Source: Calditrichota bacterium
Lineage (GTDB): Bacteria > Electryoneota > AABM5-125-24 > Hatepunaeales > Hatepunaeaceae
Direction: 5' to 3'
DNA length: 59,702 nt
NCBI GenBank assembly: GCA_016867835.1
Contig: VGIQ01000003.1
Span: 1 to 59,702 of the forward strand
Made by a program: the position numbers and the translations under genes. Below the pieces are notes generated by a model that made no database searches, had not been told where the DNA came from, and saw nothing but the letters and a program-made list of their open reading frames with translations. Of the stretch, positions 1 through 9,688 are shown piece by piece (positions within the stretch are counted from its first letter, which is position 1; every line of letters begins with the position of its first letter).

Positions 1-131
1 AACCGCCCGCATCAGGGCTATAGACTAAACGGCTGCACCCCAGCAGAACGACTTATCGCGGCTCCAAAAGCTGCTTGATTGTAAACACGTTGACAAGACA
101 ATACAATTTATATAAACAACTATTTAAACGA

Positions 132-770
132 TCATCGCATTACGGTCAAACGCCCGCGTTCCAATATCCACCACGCGTCAGCCGGCGGAAGTTGCCGCCT
201 CCGCGAGGCAATCCAGATCACTCCGGCCTCGCCGCAAAGGTCTTTTGCCAGCCCGGCGATTCGCCGGGCCCATTCGGGATCGAGGAACGACGTCGCTTCG
301 TCAAGGATCAGGAAGTCCGGCCGCATCGAAACGATCGAGGCGAGGGCTGTCAATTGACGCTGACCGTCGCTGAGCGTCTCCGGCGGGCGGTTCCGTAGTG
401 CGCCTAACTCGAACCGACGGATCGCCTCCTCGACCCGATGCGACAACTCCGGCTCCGGCACGGCAAGATTTTCCAGTCCCCATGCCACCTCCCGTTCGAC
501 CGACGCCGCGAGGCACTGCGCCTCGGGATCCTGCATCAGGTAACCGATGCCGTTCCACCCCCTGCTCCTTGGCGGCGACTGCCGAATGCTCCCCCCTGAA
601 GGCGTCAGGAGACCGCAAACCAGCCGCGCCAAGGTGCTCTTGCCGGAACCGTTCGCTCCATACAAGATAACACATTCGCCCGTAAAAATGCGCGCCGAAG
701 CGGCTTCGATGACCTTCCCGCCACCCGGCCAGGCAAACGAAACGTCTTCAATCGCCAGCGCAGCCATCAG
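132..770 (-). CDS. ABC transporter ATP-binding protein (small ECF/cobalt-type ATPase-like)
   Basis: Walker A GANGSGKST, signature LSDGQRQ and Walker B FLILDEATS within ORF 132..896. Start placed at MAALAIEDV, where ATGA overlaps the stop of the upstream gene. Confidence 0.7.
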   Translation of the reverse strand: MMAALAIEDVSFAWPGGGKVIEAASARIFTGECVILYGANGSGKSTLARLVCGLLTPSGGSIRQSPPRSRGWNGIGYLMQDPEAQCLAASVEREVAWGLENLAVPEPELSHRVEEAIRRFELGALRNRPPETLSDGQRQLTALASIVSMRPDFLILDEATSFLDPEWARRIAGLAKDLCGEAGVIWIASRRRQLPPADAWWILERGRLTVMR

Positions 771-2101
771 GCGGGAAGATAGGTCTGGAGTCGCTCGAGG
801 ATTCGGTCGGTCGCTCCGGAACGCTCCCGAACGACTTGCCTGGCGCGCCCCGAAGCTTCCTTTAACGTCTCCGGCGATGCCAGCCAGCCTCCCCAAAGTC
901 GTTGCAAAGACTCCCGCTCCATGATGACGAAGCCACCGCCGGACGCAATGAGCAACCCCGCCTCGTGCGCGACATAGTGGCGCGGACCGAAGGCAACCGG
1001 GAGACCGCAGGCTGCTGGTTCGAGAACGCTGTGCAGACCCTTGCCAAATCCTCCTCCCACCCAGGCCATATCCCCGACAGCGTAAACTTGCGCCAAAACA
1101 CCCATCCGATCGACCAATAAGACCTCCGCTTCAACCGCCCCGCCTGTCCACTCCGAGAATCTCAGAACCCCAAGCCCTTCCCGCCGAGCACTCTCAATGT
1201 TCCGTTCCAGCGACTCAGAGGTTACTTCGTGAGGAGCAACGACCAACCGGGCGTTCGGGTTCTTCCGCTGCAATTCCGCAAAGACCGGGTAGAAAATCCG
1301 CTCGTCAGGCTCCCACGAACTCCCCGCTATGACCACCGGTCCCACACCCAGCGCCTCCCGCAGCGAGGCAAAGCGAGCGCCTCCCTCCTCCGCCCGGCGG
1401 AGCACCTGATCGTATCGGGTATCGCCTAACACTGCAAGATCGGTCCTTTCGTCAAGGAAGACCCGGGCGCGGCCGGCATCTTCGTCCGACACCGCCCAGA
1501 CGGCACTGAGAAACTTCATATGAGATCTTGAAAAGCCCTTGACAAACGGGAAATGCCGCCGTGAACCGCGATGAAAGTTGGCATTCAGGAGTATCGTCGG
1601 GATATTAAGTGCGGCCGCCGCACGGAGCATATTAGGCCAGAAGTCATGCTTGCTGATCAGCAAAAGTACCGGCTCGAGCCGCGCTAAAAAGCGGAGTTGA
1701 TGATCGAGGAAGTCGAGCGGCAAATAACCGCAAGCGGCGAGGTCGGACCGGGCCGAAACGGCTTTCTCGACCGACGACGACGAATAGGAGAGCGCAAGCC
1801 GCACCTTTCCCGCAGAATGAAGACGGTCCAGGAGCGGCATCACCCCCTCGAACTCTCCTCGCGACGCGGTATGGATTAAGACGAGCGGTCGGTCATCTTC
1901 GCGCTCAATGCGCCAGGCTTTGCGACGCCCTTCAAGTGCGCTGCGAAGCCGCCCCTCAAACGGTGACGCTGCCTTCAGCAAGAGTGCCGCAAGCGGCAGC
2001 ATCGCATCGTAGAAGCGATACCACCCTCCACCCAGTTCATAAGGCCGGGCAATTCTATCGCCCGCCGTCGGAGCCTCCCGAGGTGCGATGACCGCTTGCA
2101 T
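767..2101 (-). CDS. waaA: 3-deoxy-D-manno-octulosonic acid (Kdo) transferase
   Basis: 444 aa. N-terminal LVLIHTASRGE-type motif and C-terminal GGGFGKGLHSVLEPAACGLPV resemble KdtA/WaaA glycosyltransferases. Confidence 0.7.
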   Translation of the reverse strand: MQAVIAPREAPTAGDRIARPYELGGGWYRFYDAMLPLAALLLKAASPFEGRLRSALEGRRKAWRIEREDDRPLVLIHTASRGEFEGVMPLLDRLHSAGKVRLALSYSSSSVEKAVSARSDLAACGYLPLDFLDHQLRFLARLEPVLLLISKHDFWPNMLRAAAALNIPTILLNANFHRGSRRHFPFVKGFSRSHMKFLSAVWAVSDEDAGRARVFLDERTDLAVLGDTRYDQVLRRAEEGGARFASLREALGVGPVVIAGSSWEPDERIFYPVFAELQRKNPNARLVVAPHEVTSESLERNIESARREGLGVLRFSEWTGGAVEAEVLLVDRMGVLAQVYAVGDMAWVGGGFGKGLHSVLEPAACGLPVAFGPRHYVAHEAGLLIASGGGFVIMERESLQRLWGGWLASPETLKEASGRARQVVRERSGATDRILERLQTYLPA

Positions 2102-3170
2102 CTACAGCGAGCAGGTCCTTTAGCGCCGCCTCAACCATCTGCGGCCTTATCTCATTCATGCAACGGAAATGTCCCAGCGGACAGACCTTCGGGCCATGGG
2201 GATGGCACGGGCGGCAGGCCAGCCCCTCAACCTGAACCACTCCGCTGGCGGCGCGAAACGGGGCAAATCCAAACTCCGGCACCGTCGGCCCAAAAAGCGC
2301 TACCGTCGGGGTCCCTACCGCAGTCGCAATGTGCATCGGCCCGCTGTCGCTGCCGATGAATGCTTTTGACTGGGACAACAGGGCAACGAGATCGCCCGGT
2401 GTCGTTTCACCGCAAAAGTTCAAGGCCGGCCGGGTGAGTCGGGCCGCCAGGCGATTCGAAAACTCCCTCTCCCGGGTCGTCCCGACGAAAACCAGAAACG
2501 CTTCGCCCTGCCGGAAAAGGAACTCCATCCAACCCTCTTCTGTCCAGGCTTTGGTCGGGTGTGACGCTCCGGGAGCAACGACCAACGGCCGGACGTCCTG
2601 TGCGATCCCACTTGCTGCACGGAATTCATCAAGTCTTTGTCCGATAATGCGGACCCGTTCCGCATCGGCTCTTAGATAAGTTCCGCCCCCGTCGTCTTCG
2701 GCTCCGAAAGCCGCGGCCGCTTCAAGATATTGTAGCGCGACTGCCGGAGGCGTCCCAATCCTATCGCGCAGGGTTGGAAAGTGAATGCGTAAGAACCGGT
2801 TAAATCGTGGCCTATGATAGTGGACAATCCGGGTAATGCCGAGCTTTCTGATGAGTATCCGGGAGCGGACGTTGTTCTGTAAATCAAGCGCTCTGGAGAT
2901 GTCTCGATCCCGGAGCCCGGAGGCAAGTCGCTTCCGCTCGGAATGCTTGCCAGGATAGGCGTGAACGAGATCGACCTCCGGCATTGCCAGTCCGATCTCC
3001 GTCCACGATGCGAGGGTAAGCAACTCGATCCGGGCTAAAGGATTCGCCCGTCGCAGCGCCCGGATTGCAACTGAAGTGAGAACGACATCTCCCAACGAAC
3101 TGAGCCGCACGACCAGTATGCCAGCCGTTTCGTTCCCGGAGATACTCACTTCATCCGGCTGGTGAGCCAT
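2055..3170 (-). CDS. glycosyltransferase family 9 (LPS heptosyltransferase-like)
   Basis: ILVVRLSSLGDVVLT near the N-terminus and IGSDSGPMHIA near the C-terminus are hallmarks of GT9 heptosyltransferases. It lies adjacent to the Kdo transferase. Confidence 0.7.
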   Translation of the reverse strand: MAHQPDEVSISGNETAGILVVRLSSLGDVVLTSVAIRALRRANPLARIELLTLASWTEIGLAMPEVDLVHAYPGKHSERKRLASGLRDRDISRALDLQNNVRSRILIRKLGITRIVHYHRPRFNRFLRIHFPTLRDRIGTPPAVALQYLEAAAAFGAEDDGGGTYLRADAERVRIIGQRLDEFRAASGIAQDVRPLVVAPGASHPTKAWTEEGWMEFLFRQGEAFLVFVGTTREREFSNRLAARLTRPALNFCGETTPGDLVALLSQSKAFIGSDSGPMHIATAVGTPTVALFGPTVPEFGFAPFRAASGVVQVEGLACRPCHPHGPKVCPLGHFRCMNEIRPQMVEAALKDLLAVDASGHRTSGGSDGGR

Positions 3171-4132
3171 TGCCCCATAACCGGATCGGCTTCAGCGGCA
3201 TACTCTTCGCTGCTGCCGCTTATGACGAAAAACCCGATGCCCGGATGGTGCATCAGCCACTCTGTTGCGCCGCGCCGGCCCATCGTGATGAATGCTTCGA
3301 CCAAACCGCCGGCTTCCGCAGCCGAGCGACACCAAACGGCAAGCGTCCAGATCTCGCCCGATGGCTGACCGTTGCGAGGACTCACTAATCGAAGATAGAG
3401 ACTATCCGCTATGACCATACCGTTCGCTGCCGGATGCAGTAGCGCCAATGCTCCGGCCTCCGGGGTAAGGGTATATTGCAGGTCCGGCTCCCGGGGGTCG
3501 GCAAAGGTATGATTCCATCTTGCGCTGTCGGCAGCCCGGCCCCAGGCAAGGTGCAGCGGTCCAACTACGATAGTCCCGTCGCTGCTTCCCATTGCGGCGA
3601 TGGCTTCAAATCCACCGTCCGCTGCCCAACCCAGCCCATATAGACCGGGATCGACGAGTCCCTGACCCTCAATGCCGATGCGCTCCCGCGAGACCTCGAT
3701 CCGGGTTGCGCGAGCACGCTGCAAGGCTCCCTCCAACTGGGTTGCGTCGGGCATCCCCGGGCGCTTGGAGTCGAGCGCCCAGAGTCTGCGCACTTCGCCG
3801 TAGCGATGGTCGAATGCCATCCCGGTCTCGCGTTGAAGACGCTCGGCGCCTTCCAGCAGCCTGACCAGGTCTTCCGGCGGCTGGGCGAGCGCCCGCTCCC
3901 GATTCAGTTTCGCCAGTGCGCCGTTATTGTCCTTCAGCAGTTCGAGTCGCTTCTCGATAGCGTCGATACCGGTCTGCGCCAGTTGCGAAGCCCGCTTGCT
4001 ATCGCCTGCACTCTCCACGCGAACCGTTATTATAACGCCCTGAACGGATTCCTTGTTGACTGCGACTTCGCTCGAACCGCATCCGGATAGGATGCTCCCG
4101 GCTGCAAGCGTCAAAACGATTTCCCGAATCAT
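3146..4132 (-). CDS. ApbE-like FAD:protein FMN transferase lipoprotein
   Basis: Lipoprotein signal LAAGSILSGCGSS, a central GLGWAADGG motif (cf. GIAKGYAVD), and an ADSL...EAFITMG C-terminal pattern resembling ApbE. Family assignment is tentative. Confidence 0.5.
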   Translation of the reverse strand: MIREIVLTLAAGSILSGCGSSEVAVNKESVQGVIITVRVESAGDSKRASQLAQTGIDAIEKRLELLKDNNGALAKLNRERALAQPPEDLVRLLEGAERLQRETGMAFDHRYGEVRRLWALDSKRPGMPDATQLEGALQRARATRIEVSRERIGIEGQGLVDPGLYGLGWAADGGFEAIAAMGSSDGTIVVGPLHLAWGRAADSARWNHTFADPREPDLQYTLTPEAGALALLHPAANGMVIADSLYLRLVSPRNGQPSGEIWTLAVWCRSAAEAGGLVEAFITMGRRGATEWLMHHPGIGFFVISGSSEEYAAEADPVMGQWLTSRMK

Positions 4133-5091
4133 CGGCTTCTCCTCATCGCATAAGTTACCAATTGGTGTAGTTCATCACGGGCAGCACCGGTCGGAACGCC
4201 GTTCAGCGCCTGCGCCGCCCGCGCCGCTTCCACTTCCATGACCGCAATGGCAGATTCCTCTCCCCCATACTTACGGACAAAGTCAGCCACCTTACCGGCT
4301 TCGCCAAAGCGGAGTCCTCTCCGGATACGAGCCCGAATGCGTCCCGCCTCTCGCGGGGGTGAGTTGCCAAGGGCGGTCAGGAGGGGCAGGGTCAACTTGC
4401 GCTGCTTAAGATCACCGAAGAGCGGCTTGCCCAGTCCGGCGCTGCTGCCGAAGAGATCGAGCAGGTCGTCGCGTATCTGGAAGGCGACGCCGAGGTGTTC
4501 GCCATAAAGGCCAAGTTGCTTTACCGCATCGTCCGCAAGCCCGCACGAAAGCCCGCCCAATCTGCAACCGGCGCTGAAGAGGGCGCCCGTCTTGTCGCTT
4601 ATCATCTTCAGGTATTCCTCAGTGCTGAGGTCGAGGCGGCGCGACCCCGAGGCTTGCACCAGTTCGCCGCGCGCCATCCGGCGAGCGGTGTGTGAAAGCA
4701 CATCGAGCCACTTCAAGTCGCGGGCCTCAAGCGTCTCGGCAAGCACCGTCGCCAGCATATAGTCGCCGAACAGGACCGCTATCTTGTTGCGAAACTTCGC
4801 CGGCAGCGACGGCCAGCCGCGCCGCGTTGCCGACTCATCGACGACGTCGTCGTGCACCAGCGTCGCTTCGTGCAGCAACTCGACGATAACCGCCGCCTGA
4901 ATCGCCGTTTCAGGGGGACGACTCCCATTCAACGATGCAGCGAGCAGCGTCAAGGTCGGACGCAGACCTTTCCCTTGTGTCTTCACCAGATAACCGGCGA
5001 CCCGGTCGATGACGAAGAGCCCGCTGTGCAGCCTCTCTTTGTATCGCCTGCGGAAACGTTCCAGTTCCGGTTCGATGAGGGCGATGTTCAA
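4129..5091 (-). CDS. ispB: polyprenyl diphosphate synthase (octa/heptaprenyl-type)
   Basis: First aspartate-rich motif LVHDDVVDES and second motif FQIRDDLLD. 320 aa. Confidence 0.8.
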   Translation of the reverse strand: MNIALIEPELERFRRRYKERLHSGLFVIDRVAGYLVKTQGKGLRPTLTLLAASLNGSRPPETAIQAAVIVELLHEATLVHDDVVDESATRRGWPSLPAKFRNKIAVLFGDYMLATVLAETLEARDLKWLDVLSHTARRMARGELVQASGSRRLDLSTEEYLKMISDKTGALFSAGCRLGGLSCGLADDAVKQLGLYGEHLGVAFQIRDDLLDLFGSSAGLGKPLFGDLKQRKLTLPLLTALGNSPPREAGRIRARIRRGLRFGEAGKVADFVRKYGGEESAIAVMEVEAARAAQALNGVPTGAARDELHQLVTYAMRRSR

Positions 5092-5255
5092 GTCTTTATA
5101 CGCCAGGATGTCATGTGTCAGGCGGGATCGGACTACGGATGCAGCCGCAAAGATGGGTTTAATATACGAATGAGCGGACGGAGCCCAAGATGAAGTCCAT
5201 TAGGTGGGAATGACCATCCATCAAGAGGAGCGATTTTCCAATCCGTCGGAGGAGG

Positions 5256-6164
5256 TCAGGCCGCTTCCATACGTCGCCTGAGATGAGCCCAGTCTTCGTC
5301 GATCCAATTCTGAATCTGCAACCGCTGTTCCGGTGTGAGATGCTTGAATCGCCCCTGTATTCTAAGGTAGTCGCTCACCGGCCGGGCCGGAGGATCGAGC
5401 GAGAGCATAAACCGGCGGCCGTCGAAGACCTCGTAGAGGGGGAAAACACGTGCTTCGACGGCGTAGCGCGCTTCGAGGATGGAGTCCTTTTCGACCGCCT
5501 TATGCCCCGGCGGGCAGGGCGAAAAAATGTGGATCAGGCGGAAGCCGGTCATATCCCGTGCGCGCTCAAACTTGCGGACGAGGTCGTCGGGCCACGCCAG
5601 CGTCGCCGTTGCCGCATAAGGTATCCGATGCGCGGCCATAATCTCCATCAGGTTCTTTTTGCGCTCGCGCTTGAAATCGTCGCCCGGCGTCGTCGTCGTC
5701 CAGGCTCCCCACGGCGTTGCCGATGAGCGCTGAATACCCGTGTTCATATAGGCTTCGTTGTCATAGCAGACGTATATGATGTCGTCGTTTCGCTCAGCAG
5801 CCGCCGAGAGTTGCCCGAAGCCGATGTCGAAGGTTCCGCCGTCGCCAGCCCAGGCGACGACGTTCACTCCCTTCTTCCCAGTCGCATTGAGCCCGGCACG
5901 GACTGCTCCGGCGGTGATGGCCGCTGTCTCGAACGCCGTCTGATAGACCGGCACCCCCGATGCTGAGTAAGGAAACGGCCCGTCGATCACTGCCCAGCAG
6001 CAAGCCGGAATGACCAGAATCGTCTCGCGCCCCAGCGTCTTTAGTGCCAGTCGCATAGCGAGCGCCGCACCGCAACCGGGGCAGGCGACATGGCCGGGAT
6101 GCATAATCTCGCACCCCGGTATGGCCGGATAGTTTTGTAGATGAGGCAGAGGACGCATGGGCAA
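5256..6164 (-). CDS. porB: 2-oxoacid(pyruvate):ferredoxin oxidoreductase beta subunit (TPP-binding)
   Basis: CPGCG near the N-terminus, GDGGTFDIGFGQLS TPP motif, and a CYDNEAYMNTGIQ-type segment. No alpha, gamma or delta subunit genes are nearby. Confidence 0.7.
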   Translation of the reverse strand: MPMRPLPHLQNYPAIPGCEIMHPGHVACPGCGAALAMRLALKTLGRETILVIPACCWAVIDGPFPYSASGVPVYQTAFETAAITAGAVRAGLNATGKKGVNVVAWAGDGGTFDIGFGQLSAAAERNDDIIYVCYDNEAYMNTGIQRSSATPWGAWTTTTPGDDFKRERKKNLMEIMAAHRIPYAATATLAWPDDLVRKFERARDMTGFRLIHIFSPCPPGHKAVEKDSILEARYAVEARVFPLYEVFDGRRFMLSLDPPARPVSDYLRIQGRFKHLTPEQRLQIQNWIDEDWAHLRRRMEAA

Positions 6165-6493
6165 GTCGGGTGAAATTGGCAGTTGAAACCCGCTGGGGCA
6201 ACATTCATCAAAGCAAGAATAGTGCCGCAGTACCTTCCTTACTTGTCCCCCCGCTCACGGGGGGACTACAGGGGGAATATACAGTTAGTCTTGTGAAAAA
6301 GCGTGCAGTCGTATTGTATTGGCGGGTGGACCCTTCGTCCACTTGCACCACATCTCCCCGCTACACGCCAGACTGGGTGTCCGGGGGCACGATTCGATTT
6401 CATCTGGAATGCCCTTCTTCGGTCGAGACGCTCACTGCGTTCAGCATGACAAGTGCCCTGCTAATACTTAGTGCACCAGGCAATATCCCTCGA

Positions 6494-7804
6494 TCACGGC
6501 CCCATTCGCCTTCTCCTCACCATAATCAACACCAACAGGAGCGCAGTGACTGCCACCATAGCCAGGCTGATCCGGTCGCGGACGTTGTCGCGCCGGACGG
6601 CACGTTCCCGTTCACGCCAATCGGGAACCGGATAGACAGCTCTCGCAGACGCCAAAACGCGCGGCCAAACGACGCTCCAGGTGCCGCTGCGCAGTTGCAT
6701 TGCAGAGGTTTGCATGCGATTCTGATTGTAGTAACCGGGGAAGTCGGTGAACTCGACCGGGCCGACTGCTGTCCTAAGCGACGTCTCAGCGAGTGCTTTA
6801 CGAATGAGCGACCGCTCTTCGCCGCCGGAATGGGTAAGGACATCACCGACGACTTCCATCGCAGCATAGCCCAGCGCTGCGAGCGGATCGGGATCGTCGC
6901 CTTTGCGACCCGGTCGCCAGTGACGGAGAAACTCCTGCGCCGCCGGACGTGGATCATCCGCGGTCCAGATAACCGGGGCGAAAATCCAACTCGATGTGCC
7001 TTCCGAGAGGGCGATCAAGCGGTAGCTTGCGAGTCCTGTCGTCCCCAGCAGGAAGGCGAACGGCATAAATCGCTCTGATCGCGCCTGCCGTAAGAATCGG
7101 GCTATGTCTGCGGTCTCGCCGAAAAGCCAGACTGCGGCCGGTTTCTGAGGCTTAAGCAGCGACAGCAACGGGGTGAAATCCTCCAGTCCCGGGGCAAACC
7201 GGATCCGGTCCACCCGGCCCCGCCATACCCGGTTAAGGTCGCGCTCAAGGTCGTCTATCGCCGGCGCTGCGGATGTAGACTCGCTGCCTACGATTGCCAG
7301 AGGTTTGCGGTTGCCAATAGTCGTCATGGCCCAGCCGACCAGACCTTCATTCTGCTCCGAAGCCGGTGGCGCAATGCGGAAGATCCACTCGCGATCCTCG
7401 GCCGACAGACTGTCGCCCGACGCTGCGTCGATCAGATAGGGCAGGCGGAAAGTCTCGGCAATCCGGGCTATTCGGTAGGCCGATGAGGAAGGAAATCCAC
7501 CGACCAAGAGTATCACGTTGCGCTGATTCGCAAGGGAGATGGCGAGCGATTCGGCTACTGCCGGATCGGAGCGGGTGTCAAAGGTGAGTAACACCACCCG
7601 GACATCGGATGGGCGGGATGTTCGCCATCCAAGATGATAGGACCTGTGCAGCGTCCGGCCGGCCTCCTGATAGGCGCCGGTTAAGGGGACCAAACAGGCG
7701 ATCTTCGCAAATTCATCCGGCTCTTCAGATATCGCACTACGAACCGTAAACAGCAAACAGAAGAAGATCGAGTCGATTAGCACTCGAGGGCCGAACCGGT
7801 TCAT
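6494..7804 (-). CDS. periplasmic ligand-binding protein, type 1 (LivK/ANF-receptor-like) with C-terminal TM anchor
   Basis: N-terminal signal peptide, NVILLVGGF...RLPYLID pattern of Leu/Ile/Val-binding-type SBPs, and a C-terminal hydrophobic helix LAMVAVTALLLVLIMV followed by RRRR. Confidence 0.5.
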   Translation of the reverse strand: MNRFGPRVLIDSIFFCLLFTVRSAISEEPDEFAKIACLVPLTGAYQEAGRTLHRSYHLGWRTSRPSDVRVVLLTFDTRSDPAVAESLAISLANQRNVILLVGGFPSSSAYRIARIAETFRLPYLIDAASGDSLSAEDREWIFRIAPPASEQNEGLVGWAMTTIGNRKPLAIVGSESTSAAPAIDDLERDLNRVWRGRVDRIRFAPGLEDFTPLLSLLKPQKPAAVWLFGETADIARFLRQARSERFMPFAFLLGTTGLASYRLIALSEGTSSWIFAPVIWTADDPRPAAQEFLRHWRPGRKGDDPDPLAALGYAAMEVVGDVLTHSGGEERSLIRKALAETSLRTAVGPVEFTDFPGYYNQNRMQTSAMQLRSGTWSVVWPRVLASARAVYPVPDWRERERAVRRDNVRDRISLAMVAVTALLLVLIMVRRRRMGP

Positions 7805-7867
7805 CTCCGCCCCGGCTGTTTCAACGTCAACTTCCCGGCATGAGTCCGATTCCGGCCGTCCGCCGCG

Positions 7868-8632
7868 TCAGACCAGCCAGTCGAGGTAGAGTTCGATGAA
7901 GTGCACGACCGCGTTGATGGCTCCAATGTTGCGCAATTTCAGCCAGATGCCGGGGATGTTCAAGAGCACGTTGAAACCGATGGCTATCATCACCAGTGCC
8001 CCGATCATGATCGTCGCCAGCCGCCGGAAGTGCTTTAGGCTGAAGATGCCGAGCCGCTCGAGGTAGAACCGGAACCGCACGTCGTCGAGCCATCGCGGAT
8101 CGAGAAACAGCCCGGCTATCGACCAGGCAAAGGCGAGATACCAACCAACTATCACAATGACCGCCGGGAAGTATTCGAAGTAGAGGCTTATCCCGCCATA
8201 GGAGAGCGCGGTAATAAGTCCCAATACGATGGCACCCAGGGTCGCCTTGCGGATGTTGCGAATTCCGGCCCGTTCGCGGATGATGAAGTCCGTCCCATAA
8301 GGCAGCCGGATCGGGAGGTGAATCCGCACCGACATGTCGATTAGGATTCCACCGAGGGAAATCCCCAATATCGCCAACAGCAGACTATCCACGAGGTAGC
8401 CAAGCAGTTCCCCCCGGCCGGCGAATAGTTCTATGAACCCGACCGCCAGTACCAGAACTCCAAACCAAATTGACCAGAAGATCGCGCCCTTATCCTGCAG
8501 GCCCTCGATCGACGATTCCACAAACAGGAACCATTTCGTCGGCTCGGGAAGTTGCTCACCGCAGTGCGGACACTTCCAGTTGACCGGAATCTTGGTTACG
8601 TAGGTCTTGCACGAGTTGCACTTGAGTGCCAT
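7868..8632 (-). CDS. membrane protein with N-terminal zinc-ribbon (CxxC...CxxC) and about 5 TM helices
   Basis: MALKCNSCKTYVTKIPVNWKCPHCGEQL followed by multiple hydrophobic segments. No recognisable family. Confidence 0.45.
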   Translation of the reverse strand: MALKCNSCKTYVTKIPVNWKCPHCGEQLPEPTKWFLFVESSIEGLQDKGAIFWSIWFGVLVLAVGFIELFAGRGELLGYLVDSLLLAILGISLGGILIDMSVRIHLPIRLPYGTDFIIRERAGIRNIRKATLGAIVLGLITALSYGGISLYFEYFPAVIVIVGWYLAFAWSIAGLFLDPRWLDDVRFRFYLERLGIFSLKHFRRLATIMIGALVMIAIGFNVLLNIPGIWLKLRNIGAINAVVHFIELYLDWLV

Positions 8633-8683
8633 AAGGCCAATTAATGCTGCGGGTTGATGTCGAGTCCGCCCCCCGGACGGCGG

Positions 8684-9688
8684 TTAGAGCGTGAACGCAA
8701 ATCCGAAACGTTGAACGCTGCCCAACGCTCCGAGCGAAAGTATCGCATAGTCGAGGCTGGTGGGGCCGAAGCCGATCCCAAAGCCAAAGGTGAAGCCGGA
8801 AAGTGTGTCGCGCCGATGGCCGACCCGCTGGTCGCGACCCTGACTGCCGTAACCGATCCGTAAATAGAGCGGTTTACCGCCTCCCGAAGGAGTAATCTCA
8901 AACTCGCCCCCGGCAGCAAATGCCAAATCGGGCTCGCCCGGCAGCATCCCGGCCCGCCACTCGCCTTCGCCCCTGGCTCGCATGAGCGTTGTCAGATGCA
9001 GCGTCAGCGGCAAATGCTGCAGTTTCTTCGATCCTCCCAGACGCAGTTCGGTCGGCAGGGGATCGGTTCCGGTTCCGTAGCCGTCCCACTGACGGCCGAG
9101 ATTGACCATCGCCGCGCCCAGGACGACATCCTCCCATTGCAAGTCGTAAACAAGTCCTGCGTCGAAAGCGTAGCCCGCCGCGTCCGCTTCAGCCAGCCGC
9201 CCGGAGATCATACCTGCCGTCAAGCCGCCGTATAGTCGGGGATAGAGTTCACCGGCCCAACTCACGCCGTAATGATACTCCGCCGCTGCAAGCGTCCGCC
9301 CGGTCGGACCCAGGTCGCGCTGCGATTCCTCGATGCTCCCGTAGTCGAGGGACTTCAGGAAAAGCGCTGCCGTGCCATAGCGAAGCGGCTGTTGATAATG
9401 AAGACGACCACTCCAGATAGCAGCCGGATGAGTGCCGTAAGCGGCTGTCGCGAGTCGCTCGCCAGTCGCGAGATTCGCCGGATTGCAGTCTGTAAGCAGC
9501 ACCTTGCCCGGCGCGGCAACCGGCGCACCGGCGAGCGCTGCGGCTCGCGCATTGACCGGAATTGCCAGAAGTGGAAAGCCGGTTCGCCCGGCAGCCATCG
9601 CTGCATTCATTCCGCTCGCCAGCACCAGCGCGATGAGCGCTCCGCTGCAGGCGGTTCTTTTTGGTTTAATGTGGATGAATCGGCTCAT
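8684..9688 (-). CDS. putative outer-membrane beta-barrel protein (PorV/PorQ/FadL-like)
   Basis: Signal peptide, alternating amphipathic beta-strand-like segments rich in G, Y and aromatics, and a C-terminal FGFAFTL. Start placed at the internal MSRF to limit overlap with the upstream gene. Confidence 0.4.
   Translation of the reverse strand: MSRFIHIKPKRTACSGALIALVLASGMNAAMAAGRTGFPLLAIPVNARAAALAGAPVAAPGKVLLTDCNPANLATGERLATAAYGTHPAAIWSGRLHYQQPLRYGTAALFLKSLDYGSIEESQRDLGPTGRTLAAAEYHYGVSWAGELYPRLYGGLTAGMISGRLAEADAAGYAFDAGLVYDLQWEDVVLGAAMVNLGRQWDGYGTGTDPLPTELRLGGSKKLQHLPLTLHLTTLMRARGEGEWRAGMLPGEPDLAFAAGGEFEITPSGGGKPLYLRIGYGSQGRDQRVGHRRDTLSGFTFGFGIGFGPTSLDYAILSLGALGSVQRFGFAFTL

Noticed and set aside
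75-398. 107-aa + strand ORF and an AT-rich TTGACA-N15-TATAAA promoter-like sequence at about 96-122
   Set aside because: The ORF is antisense to the ABC ATPase gene and has junk composition. The promoter-like hexamers lie in a 3' flank with nothing downstream on the + strand. They are likely chance matches in the only AT-rich patch.
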